Of a stretch of 64,000 bases of DNA, positions 11,298-21,636 are shown piece by piece. The notes below the pieces were generated by a model that saw nothing but the letters and a program-made list of their open reading frames with translations, made no database searches and was not told the origin of the DNA. Source of the stretch: Opitutales bacterium. GTDB taxonomy: Bacteria; Verrucomicrobiota; Verrucomicrobiia; Opitutales; PNEW01. The first letter of the stretch is position 1, and every line of letters starts with the position of its first letter. A program made the translations under genes and the position numbers. The stretch spans positions 864,001-928,000 of the forward strand of contig CBDANS010000006.1 of NCBI GenBank assembly GCA_965197745.1, given 5' to 3'.

Positions 11298-11322
11298 TAG
11301 TGATTAATCGAAATTTCCACCT

Positions 11323-12045
11323 ATGGAAAATTTTATCGATACGGTTTATACAGCCAACCAAAAGCATCTCAACCGTTTTACCGATGTAATCTTACGCTAT
11401 TTTGATGAGGTCCATTCATTCCGCATACTCGATATTGGTTGTGGAACTGGAGAGCAATTATTTGCTTTGTCGGAAAATTTTAAAACCGCTTCATTTATCG
11501 GTGTTGATGTATCGGATCCGAATATTAAAATGGCCAAAGGAAAAGCTGAAAATATCTCCTCTCGTCAACAATTCAGCTTTATCAAAAGCGATTACTTAAA
11601 GCTCGGCATTGAACCCTGCCAACTCATTGTCTCAGACAGCACATTGCACCTCATAGCAGATCCCACACCGCGGTTGTTTACAAAGATTTCCGAAGATTTG
11701 ACCCCAGGGGGAATCCTCATATTTACCATGCCCTATATCTGCTTTTATAACAGTATTCTCGTCACTATCCGTCGTTTATGCCGACTCCTCCGCGGGAGAA
11801 TTACCGATAAAGTAATTTTTTTAATAGGAAAATTAATGCACGCCAACCGGCTCTCTGAAACCGAACTAAGACAACGGGTTCAGTATATGTATCTATTACC
11901 TTATCGTTATCTCTCTGCCCCATTTATTGAAGAACTGAAAAATGAACATTGTTTAGAGTTAATCGATGATACCTCAATAACCCATGAAAGTCTGGCGCAA
12001 CCCAAACACCGAATGGTCGTTTTTCGCAAAAGTAAACCACAATGA
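11323..12045 (+). CDS. Class I SAM-dependent methyltransferase
   Basis: ILDIGCGTG motif I; LTPGG. Confidence 0.85.
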   Translation: MENFIDTVYTANQKHLNRFTDVILRYFDEVHSFRILDIGCGTGEQLFALSENFKTASFIGVDVSDPNIKMAKGKAENISSRQQFSFIKSDYLKLGIEPCQLIVSDSTLHLIADPTPRLFTKISEDLTPGGILIFTMPYICFYNSILVTIRRLCRLLRGRITDKVIFLIGKLMHANRLSETELRQRVQYMYLLPYRYLSAPFIEELKNEHCLELIDDTSITHESLAQPKHRMVVFRKSKPQ

Positions 12046-13013
12046 AATGGGTTCAGATCCTTAAATTGTCTGTTAGTTTAAGCCTCCTTGCGGTGGCTTT
12101 TTATCTATTAGATTGGACTAAGCTTTTTGCTGCGGTTAAAGAAATCACCCCGTGGATTTTTATCTGGGCAGTTTTTATTTCTATCCTTGTTAATGGGGTT
12201 CTTGCTATACGTTGGCATCAATTAACATTAAAAATTGCATCCCTGCCATTGCTCGAAAATTTCAAACATTATTTCTATGGCAGTTTTCTAAATTTTTTCA
12301 CTCCTGCTAACATTGGGGGTGATGCTTACAGGTTGATTGCTTTAAAGCGCCATGTTCCGAGAAGCTTTGTAATTATAACAACCTTACTCCGAGAAAGATA
12401 TCTTGGATTGCTCTCATTTTTTATCGGCTTTATCTTTTGTTTTGGCAGCTTATTTATTTTCAACACCTCATCTTTGATCACGGTAAAGAAAATATATTAT
12501 TATACTGGCTGCATCGTTGCCCTTGGCACCGCCGGCCTCATCTTTACTTCACCTATTATTACCGCCATTACGCAATTTAAACGCATTCGTTCACGTGAAC
12601 GTGTAGTAAATATCTTAAATGGTTTTCGTGATGCCGCTCATTTTGATTCGTTAGCCGATTTTTTAAAACTTATGGGTTTGTCCTTGGTCGCCCTATTCGG
12701 TTGGCTCATTACTGTTGGTATTGTAGGGGTCGATTTAGGAATGGAAATTTCCTGGTTTTATTTAGGAGCCACGGTAATACTCGTTGAGTTAGCGCGCCTC
12801 ATCCCTATCAGCATTCAAGGGATAGGGGTGCGAGAAGGTATGTATGCCTATCTTTTCACCGCTTCGGCGCAGGGCCCTGAGACTGGATTTATGCTTGGAA
12901 CCATAAGTTATTTAGCATTAAGTTTATCTTTACTTATAAGTGGATTGATAGGTTGGTTATTGATGTATTTCATTCCCGCTCAAGAAGGAGACAAAACCCA
13001 AATTAATCAATAG
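12042..13013 (+). CDS. LPG-synthase-TM/YbhN family membrane protein (putative lipid-linked sugar flippase)
   Basis: Multi-TM; RW, NFFTPANIGGD, PISIQGIGVRE motifs. Confidence 0.8.
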   Translation: MKWVQILKLSVSLSLLAVAFYLLDWTKLFAAVKEITPWIFIWAVFISILVNGVLAIRWHQLTLKIASLPLLENFKHYFYGSFLNFFTPANIGGDAYRLIALKRHVPRSFVIITTLLRERYLGLLSFFIGFIFCFGSLFIFNTSSLITVKKIYYYTGCIVALGTAGLIFTSPIITAITQFKRIRSRERVVNILNGFRDAAHFDSLADFLKLMGLSLVALFGWLITVGIVGVDLGMEISWFYLGATVILVELARLIPISIQGIGVREGMYAYLFTASAQGPETGFMLGTISYLALSLSLLISGLIGWLLMYFIPAQEGDKTQINQ

Positions 13014-13076
13014 CCTCTGATTGTCGAATATGAGATGTTACCACCTTACGCCGCTGAATAAACCCAATCGTTACAG

Positions 13077-14069
13077 ATGAAAGATCCCCAAAACCTGGTT
13101 ACCGGTGGAGCTGGTTTCATCGGCTCTGAATTGACCCGCCAGTTATCTATGCGCGGTGAAACCGTTAGAGTGATTGATAACCTGGCAACCGGAAGAGCTG
13201 AAAATATAGCAGACTTGCCTCATGATCAAGTTGAGCTTGAAATTGCCGACATACGCGACGAGGCGAAAATGACGCAGCTCATGAAAGGTGTCGACCGGGT
13301 ATTTCACCTCGCCTGTCTTGGTGTCCGTCATTCAATTCATTCACCTGATGAAAACCATGAAGTAAACGCTAAAGGCGCATTAAATCTATTGAAGGCTGCG
13401 AAAGATTCCCAGGTAAAACAATTTATCTGTGTCTCAAGTTCAGAAGTCTACGGGACCGCTTTACACGTTCCCATGAAGGAGGACCATCCTACTTTTCCCA
13501 TGACTGTCTATGGGGCAGCAAAACTGGCAGGAGAAGGATACGCTCGAGCTTTTTATCGCACCTATGGGTTTCCTGCTGTGGTGGTACGACCCTTCAATAC
13601 ATACGGACCCTGCTGTCACCATGAAGGAGACAGCGGAGAAGTGATACCAAAGTTTATGCTTCGATGCATGGCCGCCCAACCTATGGTTATATTCGGCGAT
13701 GGAAAACAGACGCGGGACTTTATCCAGGTCAGGGATACAGCAAGAGGAATTATCGCTATTGGTCTCTCGGATTATACCCTGGGGCACACCATAAACCTCG
13801 GCTATGGAAAGGAAATTTCGATCAATGAATTAGCACGTGAGATTGCCACCTGTGTCGGCACGATCGATAATCCTGTGATCACCGAGGCTCCTCGACCCGG
13901 TGATACATTGCGGCTGTTTTCAGACAATAGTTTGCTGGAAAAACTCACAAGTTTTACCCCTGAAATAACCCTGAATGAAGGTTTAACCGACTTAAAGAAC
14001 TGGTATGCCAAATCAGGTAAATCACCGGAGGACTTACTTGAGGAGGAAAAAATTCACAACTGGATGTAG
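13077..14069 (+). CDS. NAD-dependent nucleotide-sugar epimerase/dehydratase
   Basis: TGGAGFIG, SSSEVYG, YGAAK. Confidence 0.92.
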   Translation: MKDPQNLVTGGAGFIGSELTRQLSMRGETVRVIDNLATGRAENIADLPHDQVELEIADIRDEAKMTQLMKGVDRVFHLACLGVRHSIHSPDENHEVNAKGALNLLKAAKDSQVKQFICVSSSEVYGTALHVPMKEDHPTFPMTVYGAAKLAGEGYARAFYRTYGFPAVVVRPFNTYGPCCHHEGDSGEVIPKFMLRCMAAQPMVIFGDGKQTRDFIQVRDTARGIIAIGLSDYTLGHTINLGYGKEISINELAREIATCVGTIDNPVITEAPRPGDTLRLFSDNSLLEKLTSFTPEITLNEGLTDLKNWYAKSGKSPEDLLEEEKIHNWM

Positions 14070-14091
14070 CCAATTACCACCTTCAATTATT

Positions 14092-15300
14092 ATGTCGACA
14101 GCAGGTAAACTCATTCCCGTAGCGAAACCCTGGTTGGATGAAGCCGAAGTGCAGGCCGCGGCAAGGCCCATTCTTTCCGGATGGGTCACCCAGGGTCCGG
14201 AAGTAGCTGCTTTCGAAGATGAATTTGCCGATTATGTCGGAGCCAGACATGCCTGTGCCGTCTCCAGTTGTACCACGGCATTACATCTTGCCCTTTTAGT
14301 TGCCGGGGTAAAACCAGGTGACGAAGTAATCACCGTCAGCCATTCCTATATAGCTTCCGCAAACAGCATAACTTATTGCGGGGCAACGCCCGTTTTCATC
14401 GATATTCAACCAGAAACTTTTAATATTGACCCGACGAAAATTAAAGCAGCGATAACTGAGAAAACACGCGCCCTACTCTGCATTCATCAAATGGGTATGC
14501 CGTGTGATTTACCTGCAGTTACGACCATTGCCGAAGCCCATAATCTTCCCGTAATAGAAGACGCCGCCTGCGCCATAGGGAGTGAAATCCATGTTAATGG
14601 GAAATGGGAGAAAATCGGTAAACCTCATGGTGATATCACTTGTTTCTCTTTTCATCCACGAAAACTAATCACCACCGGCGACGGGGGCATGCTTACAACC
14701 TCAAATGAGGAATGGGATAAGCAATTTCGCCTTCTGCGACAACACGGTATGAGCGTATCCGACACACAACGCCATCAAGCAGATGAAGTGATTTATGAAA
14801 GTTATCCTATCCTGGGCTATAATTACCGTATGACCGACATTCAAGCAGCCATCGGCCGGGAACAGCTTAATCGACTCATTGAGATAATCAACCGCCGGCG
14901 TAAACTTGCCGATGTCTACTTTAAATCGTTGAATGACATCCCCGGTCTTATTTTACCATCTGAACCTGAATGGGCTCATAGCAATTGGCAGAGTTTTTGT
15001 GTGCGCCTTCCCGCTCACACCAATCAAAGGGAGGTGATGCAGAAGATGTTGAATGAAGGGGTCGCCACACGCCGGGGTGTTATGTGTGTACACCGCGAAT
15101 CTTTTTATTCCTCAGGGCAAGGGATGCTTGAATCAAGGGGCAACGAGGCGATCAGGAATGCGGACAGTGACTGTCTTAACTTAAGCGAAAGTGAAAAAGC
15201 GCAGGATACAACAATTGTCTTGCCCCTTTATCACCAGATAACTCCTCAAGAACAAGAGCAAGTCATGTCCACCCTCCGAAAAGTATTGGCAGAAATTTAA
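14092..15300 (+). CDS. DegT/DnrJ/EryC1/StrS sugar aminotransferase
   Basis: SSCTTALHL, EDAAC, SFHPRKLITTGDGG; start moved to ATG 14092 (MSTAGKLIPVAKP). Confidence 0.92.
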   Translation: MSTAGKLIPVAKPWLDEAEVQAAARPILSGWVTQGPEVAAFEDEFADYVGARHACAVSSCTTALHLALLVAGVKPGDEVITVSHSYIASANSITYCGATPVFIDIQPETFNIDPTKIKAAITEKTRALLCIHQMGMPCDLPAVTTIAEAHNLPVIEDAACAIGSEIHVNGKWEKIGKPHGDITCFSFHPRKLITTGDGGMLTTSNEEWDKQFRLLRQHGMSVSDTQRHQADEVIYESYPILGYNYRMTDIQAAIGREQLNRLIEIINRRRKLADVYFKSLNDIPGLILPSEPEWAHSNWQSFCVRLPAHTNQREVMQKMLNEGVATRRGVMCVHRESFYSSGQGMLESRGNEAIRNADSDCLNLSESEKAQDTTIVLPLYHQITPQEQEQVMSTLRKVLAEI

Positions 15301-15317
15301 ATTTTAATTCCCGCGAT

Positions 15318-16598
15318 TCAACTCGCTGTCTTTCTCGATGCTCCGTCTTTAATTGAGCGGAGAAGAGAATCCCATTTGCTTACGAGGTCGGGTTTAAGCA
15401 ATAACACCGCAACCCATATAAATAAGCTCATGACGATCCATGATAATCCATTTTTGAAAACAAATATATACGTAAGGTCCCTGATCAGCCAGACGCGCTG
15501 CTCGGGAACAAAATGGATAAATAAATAAACGGTTTCACTCCACATATAAATAAAAAGCAAAATGAGTAAACCCCGGGCGCTAACCTTAATTTGTTTTGAT
15601 ACCTTATAATGTTTTGCCACATCAAAAAGATAGGGAAACGTAAAGAGTAAGAAGATTGACCGATAATCGTAATTGCTGAGAGCAAAAAAACAGAAAGTAA
15701 TAATTGATACACCGAGGATAAAATAATTTACATTTAAGTTGGAAGTAACGGGAAGGGTAATTTTGGATTTAGTGATGATGAGAATACTGCCACAGGCGAT
15801 TATTACGATGCCGAGAAGGACGAAAATTTTGGTCGTCCCCGCATCAAATTTTAAAAAATGAAATACCAGTTTTGCTCCATAGGTATAGAAATCAATGGGC
15901 GCTGGAACGGTCTTCGTTATCAGCGCCAAATCATCCAGGTAAATTATAATATATCCGGTAATGGCGACGGCGGCTAAAAAATAAAGCCAGCACAGCCTTC
16001 GGATTTCATGAATCTTCCGTATAAAAAGGGCAAACTCCATTACCGGATAATATTTCAGCCCTGTTGCAAAAAAACAAAGGAACCAGGCCAGGGGAATGGC
16101 TGCTCGTGAACGCCATTCAAAGAGGAGAGGGACAAATAAAACGATAATAAATAAAATGATGTCTACGTTACCCCGCTCCATCGCCAACATCACTCCGGGC
16201 GAGCATATTGCTCCAAAACCCGCGAGCACTTCAACCCACGATCTGGGCTTTAATAAAAGCAGGGCGAGAATGAGAAAAGTGCTGTTCATAATCATAGCCA
16301 CCACACTTACGTGATTCGTGTTCAGGCCCATATGACCAAAAATGGAATACCACCACATGGGATATGAAGGTGTCCCCCTGCCCAATGGATCCAGAGGATT
16401 GGAAATCATGCGCCTGACATCCCAACCGAGCATATGCCCTTCAGTATGAGCGAGGACACAATGCATATCGAGAAACGGATAATCAAGATAGTGGGGACCG
16501 ATGATTAATCTCCACAGATTGGGAAAGAAGAGTAAATTTATCCAGCACCCAACTACCAGACCGACCATTAAAATAAACTGGATTTCACTTCGTTTCAT
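15318..16598 (-). CDS. Multi-pass membrane GT-C-fold glycosyltransferase (GT87/DUF2029-like)
   Basis: ~11 TM helices; PFLD, YP, ERGNVD, LKYYP motifs. Confidence 0.6.
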   Translation of the reverse strand: MKRSEIQFILMVGLVVGCWINLLFFPNLWRLIIGPHYLDYPFLDMHCVLAHTEGHMLGWDVRRMISNPLDPLGRGTPSYPMWWYSIFGHMGLNTNHVSVVAMIMNSTFLILALLLLKPRSWVEVLAGFGAICSPGVMLAMERGNVDIILFIIVLFVPLLFEWRSRAAIPLAWFLCFFATGLKYYPVMEFALFIRKIHEIRRLCWLYFLAAVAITGYIIIYLDDLALITKTVPAPIDFYTYGAKLVFHFLKFDAGTTKIFVLLGIVIIACGSILIITKSKITLPVTSNLNVNYFILGVSIITFCFFALSNYDYRSIFLLFTFPYLFDVAKHYKVSKQIKVSARGLLILLFIYMWSETVYLFIHFVPEQRVWLIRDLTYIFVFKNGLSWIVMSLFIWVAVLLLKPDLVSKWDSLLRSIKDGASRKTAS

Positions 16599-16667
16599 CT
16601 ATGATTCCGAATCCTTCAGGAATTATCATCACCCCTTCACGTATTGAGTTAATTTATGGAGTAATCT

Positions 16668-18512
16668 TTAAGGGAGCATTCGTAAGACATGGGTCATATA
16701 CGCTTCATCGGACTCAAATGTCGTCGGTTCCTCCCACTCTTCACCCAATTTTTCATAGACCGCGATTTCTTCCTTTAATGCCGCGTCCTCCACTCCAATA
16801 ATACGACTCAGGCGTGAGACCATATGAGGGCGCATTCGCATTTCATCGATGAGTTCCAATTCCACGCCTTCGTGAAGTTTTCTCCCAGCTGGAACTTCTT
16901 CTAAAGTTTCAGGGTCAATTTGAAACCTCTGCAAGACTAAGATCTGTGAATATATTCTTTTATTTAAGGTAAATTGCAGTTGTCGAAGATGCCTGTTTAA
17001 AAAATAAATCGGGGTGCTGGCACGGTTATGACATATCATCGGCAGCGATGATTCAGCGATGATAAGCGTATTTTCTGTAGTATTTGAACGAATATAATCC
17101 ATGGCCCAGTCGACTTCGCGGCTGGAGACGTACCCATTGGTAATTTCGTGTTGAGCATTAACGGGCCCAATGAAAGCAATTATATAAAGCGGTAAAGAGA
17201 CGAAAATGACGTTCGGCAATCGCCGGGTTTTCATAAATTCTTTTAATACAAATACTATACTTAATATAAAAAATAAATGGAGGGGGAGAGACAATCTGGA
17301 AGCCATCGGATCATCGAGCTGCCCCCAGTGATAAGTCATTAGAAGAAACAGGTTCACGAACATGGCAATCATCGTGGAATAAAAAATTAGATGAGGACCG
17401 GGTCTGGAGAAAATCTCCCGCATATGCTTCAGCCCATAGACGGTCATAAATATAACACTCGTCACTCCCAAAAGTGAAAGGAAGAAAGAGTTAGTCCAAT
17501 CATCTTCGAAATTAAAGAGGTAATAAATCGCCCTTTGCAGATTAGGAATGAAATTATCCAGAGAGAAAACCATCCCTCCGGGATCTCTCACCTGCCAGAA
17601 TCCCCGGTCAGCGAGGAAGACCTGATTAACGACTAATGGAGGAAGTAAAAGCAAAGGTGAAAAAGCAGAAAACCAGTTCATGCTGACCTTACGCTTTGCT
17701 ATCCAATTAACGAGAACGATTGTTGCTAAAACCAGGATAAAGAGGATTGATTCATATCGTGTTTGTGCCAGTAAAACGGTTGTTAATATAAAAATACTCA
17801 GGCCTTCATTATTATCTCTTTTCAAGTAATACCATGCCGCATGCATGAATATGAGGATCATGCATATATTCATTATTTCAAATCCACCACCTGTGGCATT
17901 CTGAGCGACGAGGGGAATGGCGGTAAGCAGTAAAACCCCCAGGATGCCATATCGCTCACCTCCTATCCGGTAACACCACGAATAAATTAAGGTGGATAAA
18001 AGAAGGGTTATTATTCCATTAAGAATTAAAGCATTCTCTGGTCGATAGCCCGTAAGGTCATGGAAAAGCGAAAGGATGAAGGAAAAAAAATAGGGTCTTT
18101 TATCAACAAAACCCTGCTGTAAATGAAGATGTCCATTAATGTAGTGCGCTCTCCCGGTTACCGAAACTTCACGTTCGGTATGCATTCTCAGCGAATTTGA
18201 TAAAAGAACATATTCATCATAGAGTATTTTAAAGCGATGCGGTTCATGAAGGTGCAAAAAAACAGTACAGAGCAATAGGGTAAGGATCCCCCATCGATGC
18301 CGGCACCAGGATAAATTTCTTCGCCACTCCTTTTTCACCATCCCTGTCAATAACCATGCGAATGCTAAAGCAGTTGCGAGAATGGCCCAATAACCTAGAT
18401 GTCTGGTTATCCAAATAGCCTGCTTCTGACTTATAAGGATAAAGGTGAAAAAAAGTGTAGAGAGAGACGAAAGGGTAAGGACTGATATTTTAAGAAATAA
18501 TGGCCTGACCAT
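16668..18512 (-). CDS. ArnT/PMT-like GT-C membrane glycosyltransferase
   Basis: Many TM helices; DE motif in first loop (LYDEY), KRPYFF, QTRYE; soluble C-terminal domain. Confidence 0.6.
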   Translation of the reverse strand: MVRPLFLKISVLTLSSLSTLFFTFILISQKQAIWITRHLGYWAILATALAFAWLLTGMVKKEWRRNLSWCRHRWGILTLLLCTVFLHLHEPHRFKILYDEYVLLSNSLRMHTEREVSVTGRAHYINGHLHLQQGFVDKRPYFFSFILSLFHDLTGYRPENALILNGIITLLLSTLIYSWCYRIGGERYGILGVLLLTAIPLVAQNATGGGFEIMNICMILIFMHAAWYYLKRDNNEGLSIFILTTVLLAQTRYESILFILVLATIVLVNWIAKRKVSMNWFSAFSPLLLLPPLVVNQVFLADRGFWQVRDPGGMVFSLDNFIPNLQRAIYYLFNFEDDWTNSFFLSLLGVTSVIFMTVYGLKHMREIFSRPGPHLIFYSTMIAMFVNLFLLMTYHWGQLDDPMASRLSLPLHLFFILSIVFVLKEFMKTRRLPNVIFVSLPLYIIAFIGPVNAQHEITNGYVSSREVDWAMDYIRSNTTENTLIIAESSLPMICHNRASTPIYFLNRHLRQLQFTLNKRIYSQILVLQRFQIDPETLEEVPAGRKLHEGVELELIDEMRMRPHMVSRLSRIIGVEDAALKEEIAVYEKLGEEWEEPTTFESDEAYMTHVLRMLP

Positions 18513-18522
18513 TTAAACATAA

Positions 18523-18554
18523 AAATACCGCCCAGTACATACTAGGCGGTATTT
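18523..18554 (-). terminator. Hairpin/terminator between pilin and GT-C gene
   Basis: AAATACCGCC-cagtacatacta-GGCGGTATTT with T-tract on the minus strand. Confidence 0.65.
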
Positions 18555-18573
18555 AATTTAAATTTTAATTAAC

Positions 18574-18957
18574 TTATTGTGCGAATCCGACAGTTGTGCC
18601 GTCTGCTTTGGTCACCACGAGAGAAGTGAATCCCGCAGTAATAGGGAATAAGCCTGCATAGCTTTCTCCCGCTACCGCTGCCGGTAATGTCTTCACATAC
18701 AGATTGGTGCCGATGATATCGGCCTGTGCCGCTGACGTCTGCCCTTCTTCAATGAAGTATTGGTCGGATGCGGAAGCGATCTGTCTCAGATTGTTGATAA
18801 TGGTTTTGTCCTGTGAGGTCTGGCGGACTTTATTGAAAGCCGGGATGGCCATGGCAGCCAACAGACCGATGATTACGACCACGATCATAATTTCAACAAG
18901 GGTAAAACCCTTATTCGATTTTCTATTAATCATAATATTCTTTTCTCCGTTTTTCAT
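18574..18957 (-). CDS. Type IV pilin / prepilin
   Basis: Class III signal KG|FTLVEIMIVVVIIGLLAAMAIPAF. Confidence 0.92.
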   Translation of the reverse strand: MKNGEKNIMINRKSNKGFTLVEIMIVVVIIGLLAAMAIPAFNKVRQTSQDKTIINNLRQIASASDQYFIEEGQTSAAQADIIGTNLYVKTLPAAVAGESYAGLFPITAGFTSLVVTKADGTTVGFAQ

Positions 18958-19135
18958 GTTAACTTATTCTCCCTTTTACAGTTAAAAGAGAGAACGATTA
19001 CTATACTTGATAAAAGCCGCACTTGCCAAGATAAATATAGCACTTTAATGCAAAAAATATACCTGCAGGGGTCTTTGCTTATAACCCTGTTTATTATGCT
19101 CTAACTTGTTTAAAGTTAGAGCATAATAAAACTAT

Positions 19136-20149
19136 TTAAATACCCGCGCCGGGGTTCAATGCCTTGGCAAAGATCATCTTACCGCCAGCTGACGGTAAAA
19201 TACTTTGCACTTCTATGCGCACTAGCTGCCCGATGAGATTGCTCCCATCATTGACCACAACCATGGAACCGTCTCTTAGGAACCCCACTGCCTGGCCCGG
19301 TTCTTTGCCTTCTTTGACCAGATCAACTTCAAATATTTCTCCTATATTTAGTTCGGGATTGATCGCTTTCGCCAGGGCGTTGATGTTCAGCCAATCAATG
19401 GAGTGAAACCCCGCCATTTGCGCGAGATTGAAATCGGTAGTCATAATTTTAGCATTCAGAGATTGAGCGAGAAATATCAGCTTGGCATCGACATTTTGAC
19501 GCCTACTCACATCGCTATCATGAATGCGAATATCGATATGTTCTAATCTTCTTAATTGATTGAGCACTTCCAGCCCTTTGCGTCCTTTAGCTTGCCGTTG
19601 GGGGTCACTGGAATCGGCTACTCGCTGCAGTTCATCGAGGACAAATCGCGGGATGACTAAAGCATATCCCATAAACTTACTCTCGCAGATTCCGACAATT
19701 CTACCATCGATTAAGATACTGGTATCTATTACCACAAGCGGGACGTCTACCCCATGTGGTTCAAATCGAACATAAGGTATGACAAGATTAAATTCATCAC
19801 GATCGCGCAAGGCAATGACCGCACCTAAATACATTAAAATAATAAAGAGTGCCAGACGCACTAAGTAGAGGATTTGCGGATCACCGTAATCAAAAAGAGG
19901 AGAACTTGAAATGAAAACGGCGATGAGTCCTCCGACAAAAAGGCCAAAGGTTAGGGCAGTCAAACCACGGAGCGAAAACCCTTTTAAAAAAACATCTACA
20001 AGGATAACCAAGATGCCAATGCTCGCCCCAATAAAAAGGGCAAGCTTTTGGTACTGATCCCAATCAGGAACTGAGTAACAAACGAGATAACTTCCCGTGA
20101 CGCAGAGCAGAAAAAATAAAATACGCAATATGATAATTGTTCTAGCCAT
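19136..20149 (-). CDS. PIN/TRAM domain membrane protein (YacL-like)
   Basis: N-terminal TMs, DTSILIDGRI PIN motif, C-terminal GKEPGQAVGFL.DGSMVVV TRAM. Confidence 0.88.
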   Translation of the reverse strand: MARTIIILRILFFLLCVTGSYLVCYSVPDWDQYQKLALFIGASIGILVILVDVFLKGFSLRGLTALTFGLFVGGLIAVFISSSPLFDYGDPQILYLVRLALFIILMYLGAVIALRDRDEFNLVIPYVRFEPHGVDVPLVVIDTSILIDGRIVGICESKFMGYALVIPRFVLDELQRVADSSDPQRQAKGRKGLEVLNQLRRLEHIDIRIHDSDVSRRQNVDAKLIFLAQSLNAKIMTTDFNLAQMAGFHSIDWLNINALAKAINPELNIGEIFEVDLVKEGKEPGQAVGFLRDGSMVVVNDGSNLIGQLVRIEVQSILPSAGGKMIFAKALNPGAGI

Positions 20150-20320
20150 GGGAAATGTATAAATAAGGGAATGTTACTCAAAAAAAGTATAATAAAAATC
20201 CCTCTTGTTTTATTTACAAAGCATACCTCCTGTCGGTGGTTAAAGGCAGATCGACGTTTTATGTAAATGATGAATTTCTAAATAATTATTATGCCCCCAT
20301 CAAAAATATGCAAACAGGAA

Positions 20321-20440
20321 TTAAAACTTTAAGATATATACGATCAGCGGCAGGAGCACTCCAATTAAAATAAGAAGATAAAGTAGGTTGAGATGACGAT
20401 AGGCCTTCGCTTTTTCTTCATCGTTTGGTAAATGAGACAT
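20321..20440 (-). CDS. Small 39-aa single-TM protein
   Basis: Manually read ORF MSHLPNDEEKAKAYRHLNLLYLLILIGVLLPLIVYILKF, below the ORF-track cutoff. Confidence 0.5.
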   Translation of the reverse strand: MSHLPNDEEKAKAYRHLNLLYLLILIGVLLPLIVYILKF

Positions 20441-20677
20441 TATTTAATATTATCAATTAATATATAAATGTTAAGCTCAAAGGTTCGGCCCCTGTCACAA
20501 CCTGCTCCAATTATAATCCAAGTCCGGAAATTCTGCTTTTGAGCGGCAGTTTAATGTGTTAAGTAATTTGTTAATTTCATATATAATAGTAGGCTAATGT
20601 TGAGGCTCTCGATTTTGAGAGCCAAAAGAGACTTAATATCTCGACAATGAGCTTAGTAAATAATCACTAGGAAGCGT

Positions 20678-21553
20678 GTGTTTAATCAAATAACCATACT
20701 TGCGCCCGGACTGCTTGGCGCTTCAGTTGCCATGGCGGTAAAGGAGAGATCGCTAGCAGGGCGCATCGTCGTATGGTCGCGCCGAGCCGAGACCCGTGTG
20801 GCGTGCACCCATCAACCATGGTGTGACGAGGTCTTTGATCAACCCTTTCAAGCGGTAGAGGGATCCGATCTCACTGTTGTCTGCAGCCCGGTGGAAACTA
20901 TCCATCCTCTGGTCAGCAAAATCGCTGGACATCTAAAAGCAGGGGCGATCGTCACTGATGTCGGCAGCACAAAAAGTCTTATTTGCCGTTACGGTCACGC
21001 CGTCATGCCCTCGGATCGAGCCTTCATCGGCTCGCATCCCATGGCCGGTTCTGAGAAAACAGGGATGGCCCATGCTCATCCGAATCTATTCAATGAAAAA
21101 CCCTGTTTTGTTACACCTCTTGTTGATTCTGAGGTTAAAGCTTTGGACCAGGTGGTTGATTTCTGGAAAGAACTCGGCATGGAGGTCGCCACTGTCTCAC
21201 CGGAAGAACACGATGAAATAGTAGCTAATATCAGTCATCTTCCTCATATTATCGCCTCTTCTCTGTGTAGCTACCTCGCGTCAAAAGATCCATCATGGCG
21301 TAGCTTGGCCGGTAATGGATTACGGGATTCCACCCGTATAGCCTCCGGCGACCCCCAACTTTGGAAGTCCATCATCGAACAAAATCGCGAAGAAATAATA
21401 CGCGCGATCAGTGACTTTGATGAAGAACTCCACGCTCTGAAAACCGCTATTGCTAATGATCAAATATTCGAAGTTATTAATATACTTGAAAGAGGTAAAA
21501 AGTATCGTGACCGGATTCGTCTCTCCCCAGAGAACATTGAAATGGATGAATAA
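20678..21553 (+). CDS. tyrA: Prephenate/arogenate dehydrogenase
   Basis: TDVGSTK, HPMAGSE, HDEIVA..SHLPH. Confidence 0.9.
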   Translation: MFNQITILAPGLLGASVAMAVKERSLAGRIVVWSRRAETRVACTHQPWCDEVFDQPFQAVEGSDLTVVCSPVETIHPLVSKIAGHLKAGAIVTDVGSTKSLICRYGHAVMPSDRAFIGSHPMAGSEKTGMAHAHPNLFNEKPCFVTPLVDSEVKALDQVVDFWKELGMEVATVSPEEHDEIVANISHLPHIIASSLCSYLASKDPSWRSLAGNGLRDSTRIASGDPQLWKSIIEQNREEIIRAISDFDEELHALKTAIANDQIFEVINILERGKKYRDRIRLSPENIEMDE

Positions 21554-21636
21554 GATTTCAAATTTTTCAATTTGGAAGATTATAATAATTTTCGTAAATA
21601 ACTTTTGAGGTTCACTGAAAATATACATTTTAGATT

